Assembly (NCBI RefSeq): GCF_000315625.1 | Contig: NW_005434671.1 | Coordinates: forward strand, 1,242,488-1,289,241 | Reading direction: 5' to 3' | Origin: Guillardia theta CCMP2712 | Lineage: Eukaryota; Protista; Cryptophyta | DNA: 46,754 nucleotides | In this document: in pieces, positions 36,548 to 46,754 of the stretch | How the letters are laid out: each line of letters begins with the position of its first letter | How positions within the stretch are numbered: position 1 is the first letter of the stretch | Translations under genes and position numbers: made by a program | Notes under the pieces: model-generated | Seen by the model: only the letters and a program-made list of their open reading frames with translations | The model's database searches: none | What the model was told of the DNA's origin: nothing

Positions 36548-39089
36548 ATGGCACCGAGGAACAGCGGGTCAAGGCGGCTGAAAGCGCGAAGGTGAGCGAG
36601 AGCTTGGAGTAGAAACACGGCCGTTGGCGTAGGTGGTAGGAGTAGGGGATGGAGGGATGGATGGATGGAGGGATGGAGGGAGGGAGGGAGGGAGGGAGGG
36701 AGGGAGGGAGAAACATATGTATCGGTCAGATTGTGGGGTGAAAGCTTGTACTTCCTCTCAGGAGGCAAGGTTGACGATATTGAATTGACACATGAGTTCG
36801 ATCGATGTGTAATGAAAGAGACATTTGCAACTTCAGGACAAGGATTCGACAAAGATACTTTGATCAGATCGTCGAGATTCTTCCAACTCTCGCATCAAAC
36901 TCAACGAGGTTTGCTTTTAGCTGGCATCACGTTGGCTTATACCTTTAAAGAACGCTTGAAGAAGTGGTCTTGCGGAGATTTACCGAGAGCGACGACTTCT
37001 TGGACTGGTCTTCGCTACACGCAGAGCTGGATCCTGGGGTTACAATGCATGGAAGACTTCCAGAAAGCCGAGCGAACAGGAAGAAGATGCAGATAAAGAG
37101 CATGTGGATGCCTGCCATCCGAAATTTCATCTCATGCTTGTTCTCAGCTTGTCTTGGGCAGATGGGCTCTTGCCTCAAGGAGGAGTTGCAGTCGACTTCT
37201 GTGGAGGGTCAGGGCATCTTGGGCTTGTGGGGAGAGAGTGAGCGGGGCTGGCAATTAACATCTTGTACAGGTTCTTGCAACGTTGCGAAGTGATGCGACG
37301 ATATACATCGTTGAGAAGAAGGGGGCGCATTGTGACATTGCCCAGAAACGATCGGATCTGATGGGGTGAATGGCATTGAACTTGGAAGGATTCCTTTCTC
37401 AAGGACATGCAGATTGAAGAATGTGAAAGTCAAGAACCTCGAAGTCTCTGAATTTCATGAAGCTTTTGATGTAGGGCTTGGGTTACATGCTTGCGGTATC
37501 TTTGATCTTGCTTATTGAATGGTCTAAGACTCGTACAAGGGCCTGCTACAGATTTGATTCATTCCAAATGCCTTGCAGCAGGCATGTTTCACGTGTAAAT
37601 GAATGCACTGACTGATGAGTTCTCCAGGTGCAAGCTATGTTCTTGCTCCTTGCTGTTACGGTTTCATCTCTAAGGCACTTGATAAGTGTGCACATGATGT
37701 TTGCTCGTGTTCCTCTGAGCTGGCTGCACAATCAGGTACAAGTTGGAGTATGTCGACAAAAACACGAATGCAGACATGGTAATGCTCACACCTGATGATC
37801 TTCCGCCACAAGACTTGGAGTACGAATTGTCTTCTCTGCCTGCGATTCCTTTTCTTTAACTCAGTGTGTTTCATTGTTTCAACTTCAGTTCAGACTTCCT
37901 GGTAAATGCAGGTGTTTCTTCATTGCGATTCAGTGCTACCTTGCTGATCCTGTTCGCTCTCAAGCGAGCTTGGCCGGCACGCCAGCACTCGGGGGATATT
38001 TCTTTGTACGGGGAAGAGACACGGACCCTCAGAGAATGCTCAAGGTCTTCCTGTCCTTGCGAAATGAAATTTGAAGTTTTGTTCGTATAAGGCAAATGGG
38101 TCAGTAGTGGACCCTTCGCAAGACATGGACGAAGTGGAGGAGAGGGAAAACCAAGAAGAAAGGGTTGCTGCTGCGAAGGCGCGAGAAGATGCTGTGGTCG
38201 TTATGAAAGATCTGTCTCCGCATACCACTGAGACGAGACATGCGTGCTGCAGGTTCGAGCTCGAGTGTATCTGCAGGCAAAGGAGCAGGAGGAAAGAGAG
38301 GTAGTTTCTTGCCGTTGCCGGATTGAACTTAAAAAAGGGTGTGATGCAGATGAAAGCTCCAATGCAGACTTCCGTGAGGCTGCTGGATGAGATCCTTGGA
38401 GATGTGAATCACTACTCTTACTACGCCGTGAATCATAAGTCTGCCTAGATCCGTGCAATAGCTGACAAGAATGATTGTGCTATGTTGGACTTTGACAAGC
38501 AGCGTCTGCTGGAGGTTTCTCTGGTTACTTGATTGATGCGGGGATGATTGTGTTTCAGATCAAGCGATCGACCTGGGGCTGCGGAGTCTCTTTCCCTCGC
38601 AGTCAAACATTCCGCAAGCTTGTCGATGTCTCCCTCTATTCTGCCATTGCTGTTGTTCGAGCATTTCCCTTTATTTCCTGACTGTTCAGCAAGGGATCTG
38701 CTGATGGCACATTTTGGCCAACCGAATACTCCTTCACGGAGCAACGCGAAAATTTTGCGCGTAGGTAAATCTGTGGAGAGCTGAGGAACTTGCAAGCGTT
38801 CTTACATCACGTTTGCAGTTGCATGTTTGCAGTTGATCTAGACAGAAGTCTAGCCGCTGAGGAGGTTAATCTTCGAGCATCGATTTCGATACTTGACTCT
38901 CACAAATCTCAGACGGGATATTTGGCCACTATGACCAGCATGTGTGACGGTGACATCGATGCGGCAGGACAGAAGAATCAGGTGAGAAAGAGGCATCGAT
39001 TCGGCCTATGGATTGACTGGCACAAGCTTCTCATAGGGCGTCCTGGCAACCGAATCGCCCAAATATCAATTGCAGCCATACAGCTCTGA
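36548..39089 (+). CDS. GSTCD-like class I SAM-dependent methyltransferase (Methyltransf_32 type), multi-exon
   Basis: GRLPESRANRK; VDFCGGSGHLGL; IYIVEKK; FDVGLGLHACG/PATDL...ASYVLAPCCYGFI; later FPRSQTF and CMFAVDLDRSLAAEE/TGY, in the same order as the GSTCD C-terminal domain. Confidence 0.82.
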
Positions 39090-39117
39090 GGATTTATTTC
39101 ACCCTTGCAGACAGGTT

Positions 39118-39935
39118 TTAAGCGATGGAGTAGGATCCCCAGGTGTCGGTGGGTCCACCAGTGTATCCTGGAGCAATACCCTGGAGGAAGATCAGGAAGG
39201 AACGACACTAGAATGCGGACTCACAGCATTGACTCCGTTGAAGTAGCCGGGATGGCCAACAGGGTAATCGGGGGTGCCACGAAGAGGAGGATGGCCACCG
39301 GACCAGTTGCTGCGATAGACGTCAGCGACAAGGGATCATAGGCAGATTGAGTACTGACGGGTAGTTGAGCATGGTGGACTCAGGAACAACGGCGAAGAGC
39401 TTTCCTCCGATGGAAACAATCTACAAGCTGTCGTTAGGCAAGGTAGACACATTTACAATTTGACACCAACATGTTCAACCAAGAGGTTCTTAGTTCTTTG
39501 ATGCGATCAGCATACAAACACTACCTCGACAATCAAAAGGCAAACAATCGAACAATTCAACGAATAAACGTGAAAGATTACGATGAGACCAAGAAGCGTG
39601 GCTCGACTTGGTGAAACCAGCAGATGCATGACATCACGCAAGTCGAAAGACAAATAACATAGGAGGAAGAATGCAAAAAGAAGAGATAAAGAATGATGTG
39701 ACTGAGAACATATTTGCCAAGCAATCAAAAAGTAGGAGAAGGTGATAAGAAGGACGTACACTGAATGGAAGCCCGGACGGAACTCAAAACAAGGCAAGCA
39801 AGCACAAAGCAAACAAGTTGGGGAAACTGGCAGCGTGCAGGAAAGAGGGAGAAACTGGAATGGAAAAGAGAGGAGGGAGGATCTTGCAGAGAGCAAGCGG
39901 CGTCATGAAATTGACGAATCACTTACGTTGAGCAT
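39118..39935 (-). CDS. 72-aa Gly/Pro/Tyr-rich microprotein, 4 exons
   Basis: MLN/IVSIGGKLFAVVPESTMLNYP/NWSGGHPPLRGTPDYPVGHPGYFNGVNA/GIAPGYTGGPTDTWGSYSIA*; donors GTAAGT, GTCAGT, GTGAGT, all in phase; C/T-ending codon bias. Confidence 0.7.
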
Positions 39936-40036
39936 GGCGCCTCTGTGAAGAGCCACTCCCAGGGGCCAACACTTTTAAAAAAAAAAAAAGTATAAAGCTA
40001 CCAAAGAGTATTGACTGTACATGCTTATACTTTTGG

Positions 40037-40895
40037 TCGCCGGACGCCGCGTGACCGTGGAGGCTCGGAACCCGGCCGCGCCCGGCCGGGCGGCAGCGGC
40101 GGCCAGGCGCGGCCCTAGTGAGGAGTAACAGTGGCGACAGGCTCGGCCCGGGAAACGTTGATGTTTTTACATTCGCCCGGCGCGGCGCGCCGCGTGACTC
40201 TCAGTGTGCCACCCGGACTCCCGGACTCCGAGGCGGCGGCGGCGGCCGCGCGGCCGGGGGCGGGCGCGGCCGCGCCCGGGCCGGGCCGCGAACCGTGACT
40301 CTCACGGGTCGGACGCTGAGTCACAGAGCCGTCACGCCAGGCTGGTTGAACTTCCTTTACTACTCAAAGTTAAGTTAAAATTGAAACAGTACGACTCAGG
40401 ACAATCCGACAGGAGAGTCCGACCGGGCGAGGAGGCCCAGGCTTGACCCTGACGTGACACTCCGAGGCTCAGTCGCACAGGCCAAACGGCGCGGCCGCGA
40501 GACTCACTGAGAGCCTCCGAACTTAAAAGTCAGCGAGAACCAAACCTATCACTGTTCCTGTCGGAGGCTGCTGTCCCCCAAACTTACTGACACCTTGAAA
40601 GTTGAAAGTTCACTGAACTGCGCGCAGGACTGAACTTCGGAAAACTTGCCAAGTCAGTCCCCGTCGCTGGCGGCGGCGCCGCCGACTCGAAGGAATGAAC
40701 TTCCAGGCCGCCCGGCCGCCGCACTGCCTCAGGGGCCGCCGGGCCAGAAAACGTCTGAGAGTGACACTGGAGTCATTTTCAAGGCTTCCGGCGGACCGGG
40801 CCGGGCCGCACTGCGCACCCGGCCCCCCGTACCGTACGGTGCCACGGCGGCCCGGGGTAAGTTGAGCCCCGGCCCGGCCGTGCCGCGAGCAACGT
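40037..40895. other. CpG/GC-rich non-coding island with TGACTC/GAGTCA and AAGTT/AACTT words
   Basis: Abrupt compositional shift with dense CCGG/GGCC/CGCG; no credible ORF. Confidence 0.7.
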
Positions 40896-40944
40896 GGGAG
40901 AAGCTTTATATGTGTCGTAAGCAGAGGCGTCCTGGTTCATCTTG

Positions 40945-41980
40945 GGGATGTACCCCTATGTATTAGTTGAATGAGGTGGGTGGTGAGGAGGTGGTCTTGG
41001 GCTCAAGAACCGTTTGGCGAGATCTGTCACTGGGTATAGGCTTCTGGGGGAATTCCGAGGATTCCGGGGGGGGTAGGTACAAGATTGCTGTGGTATACTA
41101 CCCCTAATTTCATTGTGGGGTGGTCAGATTCAGCCAGTGGTGTTGGGATGATATAGATCGTGGGCCTAGCATGGGTTGACGAAAACCGGTGTGGACCACC
41201 GGTCAAGTTCCTTGAATGGGGGTGGTAAAAGGATCATAGACCTTGATCAAGGGGTAGGGTGCCTCTCTTTCTTTCTTTCTTTCTTTCTTTCTTCTTTCTT
41301 TCTCTTGGGCGTTCTAGTGACCGCTCCTTCAGCCCGCCGGATTCTGGTAACCCCCACCTCCCTCCTTTGAATCGATAACCCCACCCTCCCTAATCCGTCA
41401 TCTCTTCGGTACCCGCTGCTCTTCAGTATCTGAACTTTGACCCTACCCCCCAACGATGGCAACCATGGCATTCAGCCATTGTTACACTTGAACCCATCAA
41501 CTATCACCGATCTTAATAGGGGAGATAATAAGAATAATCACAGGGATAGTGGGTCAGTGAGCCATCAGCAACATTCGACACTCTTACCCCACCCCAACAG
41601 AGCAAAGTGCTCGTTCGAAAGTTTCTACCTCTACCCCACCTCTATTCCGCGAACATGTACCCCGTCCCTCCGACAAGTTGTCCATTTGATGCACCCACCC
41701 GTTGTGGGATCCAATCCACCCCTTCCATTATACATCCAGGGGTTCTACCCACCTGTTGTCGAATTTTGAACTGGATTAGCACCCACCTTCGAGTCTATGG
41801 ACATTCAAAATTTGTCACCCGTGCTTTCTAGTTCCATGTACCCACCTTTTTCCAAGAATTTTCATAACCCTACCCCCACAGAAAGCTACAGCTCCACCCA
41901 CTGACATACACCTATAAAACACTCTGGTACCCCGTACCCCTGTCAGACAGAGTACCCTACCTATCCATAGTACCCACTGA
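40945..41980. promoter_or_regulatory. GGGGT(A/G)/(T/C)ACCCC motif field upstream of the P450 reductase (largest of several in the window)
   Basis: Repeated ggggta/gggtgg words, then tacccc/cacccc words; function inferred only from position. Confidence 0.4.
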
Positions 41981-42625
41981 TCCTGCATGATCATTACTTC
42001 AGCATTCTCATGCACCTCAGTCCTCCACAGAGACGGTTGATGCTCATGACCCGCCCGTCTTGTGCTCATCGTTGATATTGTGTTTCTCTTCTCTTCTCTT
42101 CTCTTCTCTTTCTCCTCCCTCCCTCCCTCCCTCCCTCCCTCCCTCCCTCCCTCCCTCTCTCTCTGTTATCCCCGCCCCGGTCTCTACCGACCGTCTTCAC
42201 CATCTATTCTTGCTGTTACTGTGCATGGCAACTCTCCCTTTTTGTCTCTCTGAATCAACTTCAAGGGCTATTTCTCTGATACTAATTCCTCGCATTCAAG
42301 TGTCTTCACAATAATTGCTGCAACGCTCCCGCTACAATCACGATCTTTCATTTCATCGCTTGTTTCTTGCCTTCAGTCACATTTAGGCTTCTAGGTGGAG
42401 ATACATCTTGTAAGTTTAGGTTGACGAAGGATTTTTTTTATTAATTGATATTGTTTCCAACATTTTTGTAGATTGATATCTTGCTACTAGGTGTGCAGCG
42501 TTGATCCGACAACATGCAGACTCGTTGAATCCGGATACGGTTATTTTGGATTCTTCGCATAATAGCTGTGCAACGGATCAGCCGCATAGGGAGTTCAACT
42601 TCGCAAACCCGTATCTCTTATACCA

Positions 42626-44839
42626 ATGCTGCCTCACTCGCTTGCACAATTTTTTCATCTTAGACCAGCCGGTCCGGGAGCTTTGTTGACCGCAGCTACG
42701 GGTGCAGTTGGCTTGAGTTTGGTTGCCCTTGTGTATTATCGACGGATAAAAGAAGCATTCTCCAACCCCAATGAGTCGGACAGCTGTAGTGAAGCTAGCA
42801 CAGATCAAACAACAGAACAAGTCAGGATCGATGTCTATTTTGGGAGTCAAACTGGAACCGCGGAGGAATTTGCGTTGACCATCCAAAAAGAGGGCAAGAT
42901 GAACGGGTTCGACGTGAAGGTCATCGACCTTCAGTCTTATGATGTTGACACCTTGGATAGCTCTAACTCAATCTTTGTAACTGCAACATATGGGGAAGGT
43001 GATCCCACCGACAATGCGAAAGAATTCGTTGAATGGCTGGTGCACAAGGCTGATCCAGATTCACTGAAAGGGATGCAATTCGCTGTTTTCGGACTCGGAA
43101 ATTCACAGTATGAAAACTATAACACGGTTGGCAAAACAATTGACAGCCATTGTGAGCGTCTCGGAGCCACAAGGATAATGGAGTTGGGTCTAGGGGATGA
43201 TGACAAGGACATTCAACAGGATTTTGAAGAGTGGAAAGAAAAATTGTGGAGGACCTTGCATGCTCACTTTGATGTCGATAGGGTGAAAGAGAAGTGTAAA
43301 ACGGTAGAGACCGAAATATCTCGCAAGGACATTCGTGAGAAGGAACACAAGTACAAACTCGAGGTGGTGTCAGAAAGGACCGCGATGGAATTTCCACAAT
43401 CTTCTTCTGTGCACTCCCTGGACACAAATCCCATGGTCAACATGACAGTAACGTGCAATGATGAGTTGAATAAGTGCACCGATCGTTCTTGCCGTCACAT
43501 TGAGCTTGCATTGAATAACTCCGGATTGGTATATGAAACTGGTGATCATGTTGCAATCTTACCTGACAACGACCCGCACGATGTGGAAGAGCTCGCGCAG
43601 CGTCTTGGAGTGAGTTTGTCTTCATGGATTTATTTGGTAGACGATGATTCGTCTTCTCCATTTCCTTGTCCATGCACGGTTCAGAAAGCGCTTTGCAACT
43701 ATGTTGACATCAACGGCATGCCTAAAAGAAGTTTCATCGAGCACTTGGCAATGAAAGCTATCGATAGCAATGAAAAGCGACGCTTAGAGACGATAGCTGG
43801 TCGAGACGATGCAAGTGTTTATCAGCAATACATATGTGAGGGAAGAAGGAATGTATTAGACCTGCTTCGTGAGTTTCCCTCTGTGAAGCTATCGCTGCAT
43901 GTAAGATATTTCTTCTGAAGTTTCTTCTTTTTACTGAATTATTTTGGCAGGATTTGCTTGAATCGCTGCCTCGGTTGCAACCAAGGTTCTATTCTATCTC
44001 GTCGGGAAGCAACACTCATCCGGAGTCAGCCCACGTCACCGCTGTAGTAGTAGACGACATTTTGCCTGAGGGCAGGAGGTTCAAGGGAGTATGTACCAAC
44101 TTTCTCAAGCAAACGAAGGTCGGTGGGTCTGTGAAAGCTTTCATAAGGAAACAACATTCAAGCTGCCAAATGATTCAAGGACTCCGGTCATTATGATTGG
44201 AGCAGGAACAGGTCAGTGATACTTGGAGCTTTTGCGTGCGTGAAGCGTGACTGGACACCAGGATTGGCTCCGTTGAGGGGAATGTGCCAGCACCTGGAAA
44301 CTTGCAGTGCACGAGGAGACGAATTGGGCCACAATGTCTTGATCTTCGGTTGCAGGTCGATTGCAAATCTGGAATGAAAATGCTTTCTTACTTTCTTACT
44401 GTGCTGGTCAGGTCTAGCAAGCAGGATTACATCTACGAAGACGAGATCAACCGATGGTGTCAAAACAAAACGATCAGCAGCCTTTTCCTTGCGTTCAGCC
44501 GTGAGAACCCTCAACAAAAGGTTTACGTACAGAACAGGGTCAGGGAAAATTCACAGCTGCTTGTGGACCTGATTGAGAAAGGGGCTTACATTTATGTGTG
44601 TGGGAGCACCTCTATGGCAAAAGAGGTAGGGTGTTTGTCTGCACTTGTACTGCTGTGACAGAGCGTCCACAGGTCAAGAGAGCGTTTGTAGGTTGTTTTC
44701 AAGACACCAGGTATGTTTTCAGTTTTGTCTCTTTTCCTGTGCTAACTTTCCCACAAGGCAAATGTCGACAGTGGAAGCAGAGGATTTGGTTCATTCGCTA
44801 TCTAAAGGTGGCAGATACCTGCAAGATGTTTGGAGTTGA
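42626..44839 (+). CDS. POR: NADPH-cytochrome P450 reductase (FMN/FAD/NADPH), with an apparent 1-bp frameshift at ~44150
   Basis: N-terminal TM anchor; YFGSQTGTAEEFA; ATYGEGDPTDNA; FGLGNSQYENYN; YETGDHV; PRLQPRFYSISS; GVCTNFL; MIGAGT/GLAP; IFGCR; KVYVQ; YIYVCG; RYLQDVWS*. Confidence 0.93.
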
Positions 44840-45069
44840 GCTCTTCTCTTACTTTTTCCTTGGCTACGTCTTATAAGAGGCTCGTGACGTGTTTTAATAT
44901 CATAAAGATTGTAAGAGAAAAGATACAGGAGATCGGCAAACCCTAACCCCACCACAACCAACTAGTCACAGTGCGTGATGTTGATCGGGCTCACTTGTGA
45001 CCTCCCAATTCAGGAGGAAGCTTTGATTTGATTAGTAGAGGACCAGGCAATCAGAGATTAGAACCTGAT

Positions 45070-46520
45070 CTAAAGAAGAGTACTCGCTCTTCTCCACCTC
45101 CCCCTCAGATGCCGCTGGCTTGGCCGCGTAATAAGTGATGGCAAGGATTGCCGAGATCACCTGCAGAAACGTGAATGATATTAACTCATCAGGTCAAAGT
45201 TACGAGCAGGAGACTGAGAGTCGAGCTCCAGGAGAACGAACGCGTGGGTTTGGAAGAGACGACACTGACACACTGGCCTTCCTGTTCCTGATTGACGGTG
45301 AGGACCCAACAGAAAAGGTGCGTCAGCCTTTACCTGCCATGCGCACGCTCCGTAGGCAATGTCAACAAAGCTTGTGATGCACTGAGAGGACGGTATGAGA
45401 TGCTACGGGGTGTCGGATCATAAGGGCACCTGAATGCGTGCTTCCTGCTCCTCTGCAAGATCTTCCCCCGGCTGATCGGAATCGAGCACTTCATCGCACA
45501 TGGCTGTTAGCGGAGCTACCTAGGTTGTGAAGAATGAAAATCAATATTCTTCTTGTGTAGTCGCTGTGTCAAACTTTCGATAGTCTCTGGAGTTCTCCGT
45601 CTTCAATCTTCTGTCTTTCGCCCTATGCACTTGTTCAGTCGCACATGTACAGAAAAAGCAGATCATTTGGAACAAGAATTATATCACCTGAAGAATTTGC
45701 TTCTCCTCTCGGGCTGAGGGATCATCCATGTCATCTCCATGTATTTGTTCCAATCGGTTGTCGATGACCTGGTCGAACGTCAACAAAAGTTTACACAAGC
45801 CGGAAAGAATTGATGACCCATCGACAGCCCACCTGAACTCTGTCGAGGTCGTCGCTCAGCTTCTGCTTCCATGAAAGATCTCCGCTGGAAATCCACGTGC
45901 AATCTTGCTCGCTCTTGAACTTCGGGCACAGCTTCTCGCGACAGCATGCGAGCGCCTTGTCTCCCAGGTCGAGGGTGTCACCGTTCTGAGGCATATTCAT
46001 TGTCCCCAAGAACATGGCGACCTGCGGAACGTCAGCTGCCAACTTCCACTACAGCCATTGCATTACTGTGCAGCATTTGGCTTGATCTGAGGCTGGATGA
46101 AGGTGAGTAATGGTGGAAGTGTGAGGAAGCTGCTGTCTCTGCTTCTCCATGGCAGCCGCATGGATCGCAGCTTTCAGATCCCCAACCTATGCCTTCATTG
46201 TCACACATGATCGATTTGGTTGTAGCGCAACAGAAAAGACTGTTCGAATCAAATATTGAACAAAGATAGCGAGATTAAATGGGGTGAAATATAGACAACT
46301 GCAGACTGCCAGAATGAGTCGTTTACTGACACGTCGTCAGTCCAGAATTGCTTGTGCACGCGGTAACAGTAATGAAGGGAATTTGCATCATCGCGTTGCT
46401 TGAAGTATACATAAATAACGTATTCAAACTTGTGCGGTATCGAGGTGTTGCTGAATTCCCTACCTGGCCGACGACAGGAGCTGCCATGGCCGCCATGGCC
46501 ATCAGCATCAAGCGCATCAT
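45070..46520 (-). CDS. Hypothetical type-I membrane protein (signal peptide, Cys-containing ectodomain, C-terminal TM)
   Basis: MMRLMLMAMAAMAAPVVGQ signal; in-phase exons ...AKCCT/VAMFLG...ACCREKLCPK...RVQ/VIDNRLE.../...STLSLLL/VISAILAITYYAAKPAASEGEVEKRASTLL*. Confidence 0.65.
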
Positions 46521-46573
46521 TTGCCTATTCCTGGTATTCTCTAAAACGTTTTTTACTCATCCCAAAACCTGGC

Positions 46574-46739
46574 TTAGGATTAGGGTTGAGGGTTAGGGTT
46601 TAGGGTTTAGGGTTTTAGGGTTTAGGGTTTTAGGGTTTAGGGTTTAGGGTTTAGGGTTTAGGGTTTAGGGTTTAGGGTTTAGGGTTTAGGGTTTAGGGTT
46701 TAGGGTTTAGGGTTTAGGGTTTAGGGTTTAGGGTTTAGG
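46574..46739 (+). repeat. Telomeric repeat (TTTAGGG)n, Arabidopsis type, with degenerate proximal units
   Basis: About 20 TTTAGGG units, G-strand running toward the window end; proximal variants TTAGGAT, TTGAGGG, TTAGGG, TTTTAGGG. Confidence 0.95.
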
Positions 46740-46754
46740 TGTGTAGCGCAAATT

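Noticed and set aside
40115-40966. Ala/Arg/Gly/Pro-rich ORFs in the GC island
   Set aside because: Expected from stop-poor GC-rich DNA; no domain or splice pattern.
44938-44947. Isolated telo-box AAACCCTAA
   Set aside because: A single short match in a convergent 3' gap is compatible with chance.
46740-46754. Non-telomeric tail after the repeat
   Set aside because: Too short to interpret; likely read-end noise or adaptor, though an interstitial tract cannot be excluded.

Overview
Eukaryotic, intron-rich nuclear DNA ending in a (TTTAGGG)n telomeric tract, so probably the last ~47 kb of a chromosome arm. Short GT-AG introns with CTGAC-type branch points, signal-peptide+AF presequences and ciliary genes suggest a flagellated alga with a secondary plastid, most like the cryptophyte Guillardia theta (inference). 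Hand-splicing gives about 19 genes, mostly in alternating divergent/convergent pairs: SRPBCC/START protein, RAB28, DAO-family FAD oxidoreductase, PACRG, NIPA-type Mg2+ transporter, PLAC8 protein, plastid TPR protein, RPL13, MBD-like+RING-H2 protein, atypical Hsp70, FN3+RCC1 protein, axonemal dynein LC1, GSTCD-like methyltransferase, a 72-aa microprotein, NADPH-P450 reductase, a telomere-abutting membrane protein and several hypotheticals. Best leads: (1) a NIPA transporter fused in-frame to a secreted-type PSI-like + ADAMTS-like Cys-rich ectodomain; (2) GGGGT(A/G) motif fields in most head-to-head intergenic regions, plus a CpG/TGACTC island; (3) a candidate C/D snoRNA cluster in the RPL13 leader intron; (4) PACRG with eight RPx[S/T] kinase motifs; (5) a gene starting ~55 bp from the telomere. 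Exon boundaries were inferred by eye; three N-gaps interrupt genes.
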